Shown here piece after piece: positions 1-11,551 of a DNA stretch of 64,000 bases. Source of the stretch: Histomonas meleagridis 2922-C6/04-290x. Its lineage: Eukaryota; Protista; Parabasalia. Location of the stretch: assembly GCA_020184695.1 (NCBI GenBank), contig JAANOX010000070.1, positions 62,001 to 126,000 of the forward strand, written 5' to 3'. The translations under genes were made by a program, and so were the position numbers. Under the pieces are notes generated by a model that saw nothing but the letters and a program-made list of their open reading frames with translations, was not told the DNA's origin and made no database searches. How positions within the stretch are numbered: the first letter of the stretch is position 1; the number at the start of each line of letters is the position of its first letter.

Positions 1-588
1 ACTCTATTTGGACATTTATTGTAAAATATTTTTTACTTCATTAATTCTCCAAAAAAGAGAATTGAAAAAAGAAAAATAATTTCTGTTCTGAAATTCTTTC
101 GATTACTGAAATGAAATCTTTTCCCGAAAGGAAAACTTTTAAAAATTCTTTGGCTTTTAGCGAATTCACTACATATTCAATAAAAATTAAAATTTTACAA
201 AATATTGTCGAATTCCATGTGAGCATGTTCGTCACAGAATGAAATTCTTAAGAACTTGAGATTTTTTCATATCTGACAAGCTTCGCTTCGCGTGGTTTGC
301 GAAGCGTAGCAAACCAACAAATTATTTAAAAATAATGTTAAAGTTAAAAAAAAAAATACTATTTAATAACATACAAATAAATATTCTAAAAATTATATAA
401 ATTTTAATTAAAAAATTTAAAGAATCACAAAATAACTTTTAAATTTAATAAAACAAAATATCAAAATGAATTATCATTTTTTACTTATTCAAAAGTATTT
501 TCACCATTTTTATATATAATAGACTCATTGAGATATAGATATTTTCATATCTGATTAAAACACAAAACATTTAGAATTTGTAAACTGT

Positions 589-1206
589 TTATTTAGATTT
601 CAAAAGTTTTGCTATTTGTGGAAGTCTTCCTGCTTCGGCAAGTTGAAGACGTCCTTCGAAAGAATTGTCGCAGCTGATTGTCCTGGTATCATTTGTGATG
701 ATTGCACCTCCGATCAGAGAATCAGATAAAACATCATCGTCGCTTACTGATGCGTCAAAGCCTAATTCGCTCAATTTATCAAGGCATTCATTTGCAAGTG
801 GTATATCTTCTTTAACAACTCGAATAACTGATTTCTTTTCATTTAATGTTTTGAGACCTTGCTTGATCAAATCACAAAGAACGTCCTTATACTCACTCTT
901 TTGTCGGAACTCTTTTAACTTTTTGCGAGCTCCATTCATCGCTTCTTCGATAATTTCTTCTTGGCATTTTAAGATATTAATTCTCTGTTCGTTTTTCGAT
1001 ACTGAATATGAAATCTTAGCATTCCTTGTGATCTCGTTTCGCTGGAGTTCGAAATCATTATTGAGCTTTGAATATGATTTATTGATAAGTTTTTGGAGAT
1101 CGGCATTATATGTTTCGCGTGAAACAAAGTCAATTTCTTCAGCGCGAAGTCTGACTTGATACAAAGCAAATTGCTCATTGCGCATTGCGGCTGTGCTCGT
1201 AGACAT
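589..1206 (-). CDS. ATP6V1E: V-type H+-ATPase subunit E
   Basis: 205 aa; N-terminal coiled coil (AEEI...NEQRINILK), YKDVLCDLIKQGL, GGAII...CDNSFEGRL, matching the subunit E pattern. Confidence 0.85.
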   Translation of the reverse strand: MSTSTAAMRNEQFALYQVRLRAEEIDFVSRETYNADLQKLINKSYSKLNNDFELQRNEITRNAKISYSVSKNEQRINILKCQEEIIEEAMNGARKKLKEFRQKSEYKDVLCDLIKQGLKTLNEKKSVIRVVKEDIPLANECLDKLSELGFDASVSDDDVLSDSLIGGAIITNDTRTISCDNSFEGRLQLAEAGRLPQIAKLLKSK

Positions 1207-1224
1207 TTTGTGTTTGCTTGGTTT

Positions 1225-1245
1225 GAAGGGTAAAAATAACGGTTA
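1225..1245 (-). promoter_or_regulatory. Trichomonad M3/M5-like core promoter motifs
   Basis: On the gene strand, AACCGTT followed by CCCTTC just upstream of the V-ATPase E ATG. Similar AAC(C/G)GT(T/C) boxes lie upstream of the C2 gene (26391), Rab (32606), Cdt1 (47157) and hydrogenase (57206). Resembles T. vaginalis M3 (Myb-type) and M5 elements. Confidence 0.45.
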
Positions 1246-1863
1246 TTTGGGGCAATACAAGAGATGATAAACACTGAAAATGAAATTATATCATCATTCA
1301 TATAATTTAATTACAAACACACATTATTGTTATAAAACTCAAAATCGCCCAGAGTTGAGTTAAAATATTTTTATAATTTAAATTTAGATTAATCTTTTTT
1401 TAATTCAAGCACATTTGAAATATGAAAATTAAACCATAAATATATATGTATACACAAGAAGTTACGAAAAGAAAGAAATGTACTTTTGAAAATGGTCTCC
1501 ATTAAAAAATTCTTAAATATTAACACTATTCAAATCATATTTCATATGTACATAAAAAAACATATTTTATACTTAAACCAAGTACATTTTTTTGGTTAAA
1601 TATCTTTTGTTAAATAAAGCTTTGATCTGTTCTTCAAATTATATTTGATTATGAATAATTTTTAAAAAATCAAATATTTTATGACAATTTCGAAGAAAAC
1701 AAACAAAAAAGAATATAAGAGCTTTTAGGAAATATAGTAATTTAGCTAGATAATATTTTATGCCTATTTTTTTGCAAAATGTAAATTGAGTCAAATTATA
1801 TCGTATTTCGTGAATTTGAACAATGTGTTTTCTATGAAATTTGATCGGTAAAAGTTAGAACAG

Positions 1864-4800
1864 ATGGATTCTTCTGAATCGCTCATTTTAAAAGCAACAG
1901 TGACGGGTTCCTCTTTATTCCAACTATCCCAAAGTGTTGTTGTTTATCGTGCTTCTGTTGCTTATCTTCTCCAACATATTCAATTATTTCTTCGAGCAAT
2001 TCAACCATTAAAAAATAAGAAACTCTCAGACCAAGAAGTTGGCGGACTCAAAATGTTTCAGGAAATTCTTGATAGTTTCCAAAAGCTTCTTCCTAACCTA
2101 GATAAAAAATGGGTCAATACAATATTATCATGGCCTTCAACCAAATTTCATGTGTATGTTCACAAACTCCGAGAAAAGCTCAGAGTTGCATGTGCTCAAT
2201 TATCACTTGATACAAAAACAGTTATTCCATATAGTAAAGCACAAGATGATGTGAATAAACTTGATGATCTTCAAAACCTTCGACGCTACCTCCAAGACCT
2301 TAGTCAATCTGCCATAGCACGACCTAATTCCATTGATATTCAACAAATAATTGAAACTCGTCTTCGGTCCATATCCGAAATTATTGGTACGTCCAAGACT
2401 AATTCCTCCACGCAACCGTCGTCTGACAATTCACGTTTTATACAACTCAAAGACACCATTGATAAAGAATTTTCGTTATTCAATTCCATCGACATTCCCA
2501 ATAGTGATTTAGAAGTTGGGAAAGTTCTAGGGAGTGGTGGTTTTGGGACAGTTTATAAAGGATATCGTAAATCCACAGGTGAGTTATTAGCAATTAAAGA
2601 AGTCCGTGCTGACAAATTATCCATGAGCACATGGTCATCACTTTATTCTGAAGTTGCTACCATGCTTCCTTTACGACATCGTTATGTTCTTGAACTTGTT
2701 GGCGTTCACATCAAAGAGCCGTATCGTATCATCACACGGTTTTGTCCCGGTTATTCACTTTTTGACAGACTTCACTGCCGTTCAAAAAGTAAGAAGTTTA
2801 CACCAGAGAAATTGACTGCGTTAGCGTATCAAGTTGCAGTTGGAATGGAATTTCTTCATTCCAAAGATGTTGTACATCGTGATTTAAAGACTATGAACAT
2901 TTTATTAGATGATGAAGATGTTGCGATTATCGCAGATTTTGGGTTGGCAGGCATTGTAACTGATAAAGGATTAATGGGCGGAGTCGGGACACCACATTAT
3001 ACGGCGCCAGAAGTGTTAGAACGAAGATCGTATGGGAGCAAAATTGATTCATATTCATATGGAATTATATTATGGGAAATGGCGACTGGCAAAATTCCAT
3101 ACGACGGATTATCACCGAAAGAAATATATAATCAAGTTGTTAATAAGAATTATCGATTACCATTAAGTGAACGCATTCCGAAATGTTTGAAGAATTTAAT
3201 TTCGAGATGTTGGAGCTCATCGCCGAATGAACGACCTGACTTTACTGAAATAGTTTCATTGTTTAAATCGGGTAAAGTTTATTTCTCGGAGAAACAAACA
3301 AAAGAAATACAATTTAATTCGCCTGAATCATATCCGCCAATTGATTTGAATTACACAATGAAAATTTTGAAAGACCCGAATTCGAAACATTTTGAGTCAG
3401 TTATAAAATTCCTTTCTTTGAACATGAGCAAAAAGGTTCAAGAAAAACTTCAACAAAATGAAATCATCAAAATTTACAACAATGAAATGAAAAATTTGGA
3501 TTCAATACTTTTGTTAGCATCGTTGCTATTAAAATCAGAAGAATTTGACGGTTTTTTACAAAACATCGGAATTTCAATGATCAGAAAAATCATTAGTGAA
3601 TACAAAAGTGACAAATTTAAATCGATTATTCAACTTTTTATTAAGGCCCCAGAAAATGTATTGAAATATGTCGATGAGTTTATACCAATATTTGCAGAAA
3701 AGATTAATGAATTTGATTTAGGTCCATCATTAATTTGTTTATTATCACGTTTATTTAAAGAAACAATTTTGAAGTACAAAGAGAATTTAATTTCATTTTT
3801 TATTTCCGAGAAAATATTTCTTATAAATACTGATGAAAAAATGAATTCTTTTTTGAAAATCCTTTTGGAAATTAAAAGTTATATACCGAATGACAAATTA
3901 AAGAATTTGATTTTATTTGTCGAGAAAACAAATTTAATAATTCCAATCGAAATCATTAATTTCTTAGTTGAAAATGTCAAACCGGAGAATTATGTCGACT
4001 TAGTATTAGCCATAGTTAAAGCATGTTCTAAAACAGAGATCGTTGAGCCATTAATCGAATTATTACAAAAATGTTCGAAAGAAAATATTTCGGAATTAGC
4101 GAAAAACTTCGAAATGTTCGACAACATTCATTATTTATTATCACACAAGCGATTAATCAAGCCATGTTTATACCTCTTATTTGAACTATCTAAGGTACCA
4201 ATAGTACCAATGATATTAGCTAACCATCCAATGTTACAATCATTATTACAAATTAAAGAATATAAAAAACAAAAATTACAAATTTTCACATCACTTTTCC
4301 TATCGGAGCAGTTTTGTTATGACACGACGATAGGCGACGGTGTATTGAATCTTGTCCTATCGTCGATGGAAGACCCGGACACCGTTAACTATTCAATTAA
4401 ACTTATCGGCGCCCTATCGTCGCATCAATATGGCTGTGAAATAATTCAAAAGACACAAATCCATTCGTTAGTTTCCCAAATGTTTTTATCATCGATCATG
4501 ACAGATGTTTCTACATCATTAACAATTTTATCTAATATATCACAAAGCACGATTCAAATTCCACAAATCTCATTAATAATATCATGTCTAATGCAAGACT
4601 TAAACACTACGACCATTGACAAATGTGAATATTTATCAACATTAATTAATTTAGTACGAAGTTCACCAGAAAGTGTTCAAGAACAAGACTTATGCACATC
4701 GATTTTACCACTTCTATCAGTCCGCCAGCCGCCGAAATTAATACTTTTGGCATTGCGCTTATGCCAAGCATGTGACCATTCATTGTTTCGCATATTCCAT

Positions 4801-5097
4801 ATTCACGTGCAACAACTTCTCTTCAACATATTAAATCAAGAAGAGCTGTTGTACCCCGAAATCATTGAAGCTGTTTCATCACTAATCGCTTCGATTATTG
4901 TCGCACATGACATGAAGGAATTCGTAGAGAGAACAAATTTGATACAGTTCTTAAAGAACGAATGCAAATCAATAGAAGGAGTGTACCCAGAAATAGCAGA
5001 GGCGATAAAAAGAAATATTTACACAATCGAAGTGCCGTCGAGTTTGTTCTCGCCGTCGACATTGAGTCATTTGGCATTCGCTAATGAGAAAAGTTAA
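1864..5097 (+). CDS. TKL-family protein kinase with N-terminal helical domain and C-terminal ARM/HEAT-like region
   Basis: 1077 aa intact ORF; GSGGFG, LAIKE, HRDLKTMN, DFG, GTPHYTAPE. Confidence 0.9.
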   Translation: MDSSESLILKATVTGSSLFQLSQSVVVYRASVAYLLQHIQLFLRAIQPLKNKKLSDQEVGGLKMFQEILDSFQKLLPNLDKKWVNTILSWPSTKFHVYVHKLREKLRVACAQLSLDTKTVIPYSKAQDDVNKLDDLQNLRRYLQDLSQSAIARPNSIDIQQIIETRLRSISEIIGTSKTNSSTQPSSDNSRFIQLKDTIDKEFSLFNSIDIPNSDLEVGKVLGSGGFGTVYKGYRKSTGELLAIKEVRADKLSMSTWSSLYSEVATMLPLRHRYVLELVGVHIKEPYRIITRFCPGYSLFDRLHCRSKSKKFTPEKLTALAYQVAVGMEFLHSKDVVHRDLKTMNILLDDEDVAIIADFGLAGIVTDKGLMGGVGTPHYTAPEVLERRSYGSKIDSYSYGIILWEMATGKIPYDGLSPKEIYNQVVNKNYRLPLSERIPKCLKNLISRCWSSSPNERPDFTEIVSLFKSGKVYFSEKQTKEIQFNSPESYPPIDLNYTMKILKDPNSKHFESVIKFLSLNMSKKVQEKLQQNEIIKIYNNEMKNLDSILLLASLLLKSEEFDGFLQNIGISMIRKIISEYKSDKFKSIIQLFIKAPENVLKYVDEFIPIFAEKINEFDLGPSLICLLSRLFKETILKYKENLISFFISEKIFLINTDEKMNSFLKILLEIKSYIPNDKLKNLILFVEKTNLIIPIEIINFLVENVKPENYVDLVLAIVKACSKTEIVEPLIELLQKCSKENISELAKNFEMFDNIHYLLSHKRLIKPCLYLLFELSKVPIVPMILANHPMLQSLLQIKEYKKQKLQIFTSLFLSEQFCYDTTIGDGVLNLVLSSMEDPDTVNYSIKLIGALSSHQYGCEIIQKTQIHSLVSQMFLSSIMTDVSTSLTILSNISQSTIQIPQISLIISCLMQDLNTTTIDKCEYLSTLINLVRSSPESVQEQDLCTSILPLLSVRQPPKLILLALRLCQACDHSLFRIFHIHVQQLLFNILNQEELLYPEIIEAVSSLIASIIVAHDMKEFVERTNLIQFLKNECKSIEGVYPEIAEAIKRNIYTIEVPSSLFSPSTLSHLAFANEKS

Positions 5098-5714
5098 ATG
5101 GATTTGGAGTCGCGAATGTTTTGTTAAAAAATAAAATATTATTAATGTAAAATATTGTTAAAATTATAATTCGATTAGGAATTTATTAACTTTTAGATGT
5201 TTTTTTAGAAATGTTTAAGTTAAAATTTACAACGATTAAGATGATGATAATACATAATATATTTTCATTTTGTGTTTTTATGTATGCTATTTATTGTTAG
5301 TTCATATATTTGATAATGTTTTATATGTAACAAAAATGAGATATATATATTTTAAATTTAATGTAATATGTGAATTATAATATGAGAAGAGGATTAATAA
5401 GTATTAATACTGAATCACATAAAAAAATTATGATATATTGTTTTCATATATGTCTATTTACAATCCCTGTATACTTATATAAACTTATTTTTCTGGATCT
5501 AAATCATATGTTTAATTAAAAATAAAGTATTTAAACACAATCAATAAATTTTTTTTTTAAAAATATTCATATCCATGTAACAATTTCTAGATTAAATGTT
5601 TCGTCATGAGCTGTGGCTTGGGTATAAAATGGAATTAATAAATGCGTTCAAACATCAGTTTGTAAAATAAAATCTGAAAGATCTTTTTTATTAAATAGAA
5701 AATTTTCAAAGTTC

Positions 5715-7046
5715 TTATTCTTTTTTGAGTTCTCTTTTTTCATTCTTTTTCTGTGGCTTCGGACCGAAAATTAATCCAATTGCAACCACAATCATCATTG
5801 CAATATAAGGTCCGAATTTCATAATTTTTGTAAACTCATAAAAAGGCTTTGCATAGTACAAATCCCATGTTGCGCCGAGTATATAATTAATGGATTGTAT
5901 CCAAATAACACTAAAATAGAAAGAATATTTTTTTCCAATAAATTTTTCCAATAATGGCATGAATCGTTCAATTCTAATCTCATCTAGCACAGCCATTATC
6001 ACTTCAATTATCACCAGTATATAATATCCGGGGAAAAATCCATGCCAATATGCAGACGATATAAATGTCACAAGTTTTGCTCCCCATTTTGGAAAGCCAA
6101 GCACAAGCAATCTCACATGCACACATTCTTTTAAGATGTTATGGATTGTATGATTCCATTCAATGGCTAAATCACCAAGATGAGTTAAAGTGAAATATTT
6201 TTCAAGGATAATTGATCGGTACTCATCAAAATTGAATGAATTGACGTTAACACGGGGTGTACCTAAAGTACGATAGCCAGCTTCGCCTGAAATCCAAGCA
6301 AACAAGTAACGTGAAGTATGAACAAAACTGAGTGTGATGGCTAAAACAACTTTGATTAGATATGGCTTTGCAATAAATGATTCGCTAAGAACATAATTAG
6401 CTGGGAGAAATTGAACTAAAATTGCATAAAAAACTAGAAAACCATTGGATATCATCCAGAACTTAAAACCATCTTTGATATCCTTGGTGGTCTCTTCGTC
6501 ATTTGTTTCTATTTTAATTGTGGCTTCATACGCCTGAATTGTTATTATTGGACCTGAATAAAGACCATTATAATTAAAAAGAAAAGTAATGAATCTAAAA
6601 AGTGATGGTGGAGATTTAAGCGCATTTTCTGCCCATTGTTTTCTTTTAATTTGCTTTTTTCTTCCGTCAAAAACATTGAATATGATTGTAATAACCCTTA
6701 AAGATGTGAACATAACAAGTCCCGATAAATCAGATTTCCATTCTTCTGATTGCCTAAGACGTTCTCTGTGAACAAAAAATAGTCCGATTATTGGAACAAT
6801 TAATGTACTTAAGCACAAACTACCTGGAAGAAATAACATCAACCAACAAATAAATGTTCCTAGGAATACAAACAAAGAGGGTATTCCATATAAAAATAGG
6901 CAAAATCCAACACCAATAATAGATTGAAGAATTGGACGATATTTTGGCTGAACAAATTTTCTTATTAAAACAGATATGGGCCATTGTATTACTGATGTTA
7001 TAGCAACAGAGCCTCCTCTTAGCATAGTAGCTAAATCTGGGCTCAT
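5715..7046 (-). CDS. MBOAT-family lysophospholipid acyltransferase
   Basis: 443 aa multi-TM protein; WNHTIHNILKECVH and SAYWHGFFPGYY with the catalytic His. Confidence 0.85.
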   Translation of the reverse strand: MSPDLATMLRGGSVAITSVIQWPISVLIRKFVQPKYRPILQSIIGVGFCLFLYGIPSLFVFLGTFICWLMLFLPGSLCLSTLIVPIIGLFFVHRERLRQSEEWKSDLSGLVMFTSLRVITIIFNVFDGRKKQIKRKQWAENALKSPPSLFRFITFLFNYNGLYSGPIITIQAYEATIKIETNDEETTKDIKDGFKFWMISNGFLVFYAILVQFLPANYVLSESFIAKPYLIKVVLAITLSFVHTSRYLFAWISGEAGYRTLGTPRVNVNSFNFDEYRSIILEKYFTLTHLGDLAIEWNHTIHNILKECVHVRLLVLGFPKWGAKLVTFISSAYWHGFFPGYYILVIIEVIMAVLDEIRIERFMPLLEKFIGKKYSFYFSVIWIQSINYILGATWDLYYAKPFYEFTKIMKFGPYIAMMIVVAIGLIFGPKPQKKNEKRELKKE

Positions 7047-7254
7047 TTTTATTAAACGACTTCAATTCAAATGTTTTGAATCTTTTTTGAACGTTTACGA
7101 TCAAATACCAGAAAAAATCTAAAGATCAAATTCACAAGTAATTATGAACGAGGTAATGTCAATGCAAATATTAATATTAATTATTTTATTTAAAATTCGT
7201 TTTAATAAATTGATATTTTAAACCATTATATGAAAATTATTTAAAATATTTGAA

Positions 7255-8240
7255 ACGCCACTTATTTATGCATGTCGACATGGTTACATTGACATAGTTG
7301 AAGTACTTCTTAAACATAGTGAAATTGATATTAATGCTAAAGAAAAAAATTATTTTAATAATTTGAAGTTTTTAAATAATATTTAAAAATATTTTAAATT
7401 ATTTAGAACAGCATTTTTTATGCAACTGATAATGATTATGTAGAAATAGTTAAATTACTTAAACATGGAAGAAATGTTATCATTTTTAAAAATCATGTAT
7501 TTGATTTGAAATTTATTTTAATAATTTGATATTTCAAAATAATTTTTGTAATATATTTAAATTAATTAGAAATTCATTTTTAATGGCATGTGGTAGAGGT
7601 AACAATAAAACGGTTGAATTGTTTCTGGGAGGAATTGATATTAATGCTAAAGATATTAATTTGTTTTATTTGATATTTATTTTATTAATTTGAAATTTCA
7701 AAATAATATTTGGAAATTACTTAAAATATTTAAAACAGCACTTATTTTGGGATCTCAATTTAATAATATAGAAATAGTTAAATTACTTCTTGAACATGGA
7801 ATTGACATTAATGCGAAAGATAATATTTATTTTAATAATTTAATATATCAAAATAATTATCGGAAACTATTGATTTTATTTTAGAATGCACTTATTGAAG
7901 TATCTTATCATGGTTGTACAGAATTTGTTTAGTTACTTCTTGAACAAGAAGGAATTGATATTAATTCTCAAGATATTTATTTGTTTCGTTTGATATTTAT
8001 TTTATTAATTTGATATTTCAATATCAAATTTGGCAATTATTTAAATTATTTAACACAGCAAATAGATGGGCATCTTTAAATGGTCATAAAGAAATTGTTA
8101 AATTAATTGAACAAGCAAAAATTGATTTACACTCGGAATTTGTGGAATCATGGCTTTTTTGGTTACTTAGTTCCATAAAAATTTATTTGAGAGATCGCAA
8201 ATCTTCAAAAAATTTTGTATCGAAAATCTGTTTTACCTAA
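7255..8240 (+). pseudogene. Headless array of 6 ankyrin repeats separated by 63/80-nt spacers
   Basis: Modules such as TPLIYACRHG..DINAKE and TALILGSQFN..DINAKD. No N-terminal DUF3447 part; an in-module TAG (~7929) and a 1-nt frameshift. Confidence 0.65.
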
Positions 8241-8599
8241 ATAATTTTTTTATATATAGTAGTTTTCTTAAGAAAAGAAAAAAAATGAGCAATGACCAGA
8301 TAAATCATGAAAAAGTGAGGATATCGGAAAAGTGACATTTTTATTGTGATTCTTAAAACAAATTTCAAATTATTCAAATGAATATTTTTTGCATTAACAT
8401 CAATTCCATTTTGTTCTAAGACATATTTCGCAAGTTGATTTTACCCCATTCTGAAGCAAATAACAAAAAATTTTCGGAAACTGATTAGCTTGACGAAAAT
8501 CTTTAACTAAAATTTACCACTATAGAGAAATGTTTAAAAAAAAAAACTTTGATTTTGTAATTGTTAGTCATGTATGAAATTTTATTTTTATTTATAATT

Positions 8600-11008
8600 T
8601 CAGATGAATGCCTCCAAGTCATTCACCTTTTTCCTATAATCGTCAGGCGCAATTGTTTTCAGGTGATAAAATACATTATCCCACAATTGCTTCAAATCCT
8701 GATGTATTTTAGAATTCATCAAAATGGCAAAGACGACGTCTATAGGAGTATCACCGAATTGATGTTGAAATCTTTCCAACAAGATTTCAGCATAATTTTG
8801 TTTTGAACAAATTTTGCCGATCGCAACCACCGCTAAACGGTCGACTTCCGCTTTTTCAACTAACAAGTCCACAAATTTCGAAGGGAATTCAATTTCATTC
8901 AATGCCATCTCGCCGATAGCAACGTACGTTGCATTTCTGAGTGATTCGGTTTTGGATTGAATGTTGTTCGTCAGTATGCTCAGCGCCAAATTCTTCGTTT
9001 GGCCCAACTTCAACAGACATCTCAAAGCAGAAATAGATAATGAAACGTTGTTCAGAGTTAAAGATAACATACAACGAGCTGTGATTACACCTTCATATTC
9101 AGGTTTGATGTTGGTACGAGAAAGTATTTCCATAGCAAGTTGAACATGGGTTGGCTTAAATGCCCACATTAATGCTTCTTCAGCTTCATTGTTTTTACAG
9201 GCAGAAATGATTATGTTCTCATCAATTAAATCATTACCAGTTGGAACATATTGTAGTAATTCTTGGATTATGGGTTGTGGAATAGTCCCATTTTCCATGT
9301 TTCGAAGACGCTGTGATGCTTCAAGAGCTTTCCGTGTTTTGAGGAAAACAGTATATCCACGTGCCATTAAAGCAGGATCTGTACTTTGACTGCTGGTAAG
9401 GATATTCCAACATGCTTGTACATAATCATTAGGAATGGGCTCCTTGGAAGCAATATTAATGAACTCTTCAAGAGATGGATTTTCATCATCATCACAGCGA
9501 TCAAGAAATTCCTTGATCTCTATGATGTCTTTGGCATCCTCTTTAAGAGATTCTGTGATGTGTTTCATAACTACATTCATGTCTGCGTTTGGATAAAAAA
9601 TTTCACCAGATTTGAAATATTCAAGGATTTGTTTGAAGGTTGGACGCTCATTTGGATCACGTGCCCAACAAGTTGTAATCAGCTTATAAAGGCCTTTACC
9701 ACAATCTGTTTCAGATAATGTTGGGCGAATATCATTAGTTATTACTTCCTGAATAATTCTCTTTGCATCACTTTCTATTCCTTGATAAGGTGTTTTATGA
9801 GTTAAAATTTCCCATAAAACGATTCCGTAAGAATAAACGTCGACTTTAGTGTCATAACGTCCGCTTGAATTCAAAATTTCGGGTGCCATCCAATGGGGTG
9901 TCCCAATGTTCTTTGTCATAACCGCCTTTTTCTCAATTTTCCTTGAAAAACCGAAATCGCATATTTTGACTTGCTTTTTATCGTCAAGGAGAACGTTTAA
10001 AGATTTCAAATCTCGATGTACAATTTGACGTGAATGAAGGAAATTCATCCCACGTGCAATATCAAAAGCACATATTGTTAAGTCGGTATTATCAAGCTTA
10101 TGGTAGTGATGAAGTTCATGATATAGATTACCACCTGGCATCCATTCTGTAACAATACAATATGGAAATTCTTCAGTAGCTCCAAAGAATCTTAGTAATG
10201 TGGGATGAATTGCAGTTGCAAGTACAGTGATTTCACGTTGGTATGCATGGAACCTTCTACCTGTTAATTGTGAATATTTTAATTTTTTAATTGCTACTTT
10301 TTGCTTTGTTGACTTAATAATTCCATAATAAACATTTGCAGATGCACCAGAACCAACAACCTTCTTTTCTTCCAAATCTTTAGGATCAATTTTCCATGTC
10401 GAATAATGAATTGGAATTGGAGAAAAAATCCTTGCAGATGTATTAGTAATTTCATTGTTTTCGTATTCACGGCAGAAGTTTTGTATACTTTTCATTTTGG
10501 TTGCAATTACTTGATACGAAATCTTTTCACTTGAATTACTATGTTTCTTAAGATGAGCCTGAAACGAAACTTCAATAGCACGCAAGTCAAGTAAATGGAA
10601 TTGAAGCCAATTTTGATTACCAGGATCAAAAATTTGAGCATCTTCTGGATCAATAATTTTTGCTGCTCCATTTAAATCTTGAATTATTTGGCATAACTCA
10701 GTAGCAATTGATGCAGGAGAGTTATTTACAACATAGTGAACCCAGCAATGTTCCATATTTTGACTAATAAGAGGTTTAAATCTTTCACCAATTTTGGTGA
10801 TTTGTTTGATGGCATTTAGTTCTTCTTGAGATATCTTTTTGTTTGAGTTTTTAAAACGATTTTGATATGCGTTTGCAAATGAACGAAATTGTGAAATTGC
10901 ATATATAAATTTCTTTTTGTGTGCTATTGCATTAGTAACAAGGCCTTCATATTCCTGAGCCATTGCTTGTAGCTGGTCGCTAATGTCTTGAACTGTCCAA
11001 TTGCTCAT
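8600..11008 (-). CDS. TKL-family protein kinase with N-terminal helical domain and ARM-like C-terminus
   Basis: 802 aa; GSGASANV, VAIKKL, HRDLKSLN, DFG, GTPHWMAPE. Confidence 0.9.
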   Translation of the reverse strand: MSNWTVQDISDQLQAMAQEYEGLVTNAIAHKKKFIYAISQFRSFANAYQNRFKNSNKKISQEELNAIKQITKIGERFKPLISQNMEHCWVHYVVNNSPASIATELCQIIQDLNGAAKIIDPEDAQIFDPGNQNWLQFHLLDLRAIEVSFQAHLKKHSNSSEKISYQVIATKMKSIQNFCREYENNEITNTSARIFSPIPIHYSTWKIDPKDLEEKKVVGSGASANVYYGIIKSTKQKVAIKKLKYSQLTGRRFHAYQREITVLATAIHPTLLRFFGATEEFPYCIVTEWMPGGNLYHELHHYHKLDNTDLTICAFDIARGMNFLHSRQIVHRDLKSLNVLLDDKKQVKICDFGFSRKIEKKAVMTKNIGTPHWMAPEILNSSGRYDTKVDVYSYGIVLWEILTHKTPYQGIESDAKRIIQEVITNDIRPTLSETDCGKGLYKLITTCWARDPNERPTFKQILEYFKSGEIFYPNADMNVVMKHITESLKEDAKDIIEIKEFLDRCDDDENPSLEEFINIASKEPIPNDYVQACWNILTSSQSTDPALMARGYTVFLKTRKALEASQRLRNMENGTIPQPIIQELLQYVPTGNDLIDENIIISACKNNEAEEALMWAFKPTHVQLAMEILSRTNIKPEYEGVITARCMLSLTLNNVSLSISALRCLLKLGQTKNLALSILTNNIQSKTESLRNATYVAIGEMALNEIEFPSKFVDLLVEKAEVDRLAVVAIGKICSKQNYAEILLERFQHQFGDTPIDVVFAILMNSKIHQDLKQLWDNVFYHLKTIAPDDYRKKVNDLEAFI

Positions 11009-11551
11009 ATTTTTGATATAATTTCCGCTTTTGAGCTTTTGTTATATTTGTGTTCAAACATTAATTGAAAAGTAAATACGTTAAAATTCGTTTTGAAGAT
11101 CTTCAAATACTTATTCCTTTGATTTTATTACTATTTGAAAAATAAAAGATTAATAAAAGCAATAATCCGCATGTTGATTGATATAAATTTGCGTTTAAAG
11201 GCTAATTCTGCTATTTTATTAAAATGCAATATTTTTGAAAACAGTAATTGACTTCAAAAATGTAAAAAAAAATGCTATTTCATTATTCAATACAGCTATT
11301 TTAATTGAAAAATAAAGTCGTATTTCAATTTTTCAAAATGGCATCAAATTTATAACATATGAATTGTTAATTATATGAGTTCAATTACTTCATTTCCTTG
11401 TCTAATAAAGATCATTATTATGCAAATATTTACAATTACAAGCAATCACATTGCAAAAACGATAGAAGAATTGAATACCATGTAAACTTTTCAAAAATTG
11501 TAATAAACTAATCAAATAATGTGACGATAGGTCACTTGGCAATCTTTAAAA

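Noticed and set aside
665-1159. Antisense or overlapping track ORFs (e.g. 665-1159, 2203-2415, 8961-9718, 24372-24737, 56003-56269, 58491-58829, 62163-62396)
   Set aside because: Shadow frames of well-supported genes with no motifs of their own.
7925-7932. In-frame TAG/TGA inside ankyrin modules (~7929, ~31819) as stop-codon reassignment
   Set aside because: Genes here end in TAA, TGA (kinase, Rab) and TAG (VPS9), and long ORFs contain no internal stops; nonsense mutations are the simpler explanation.
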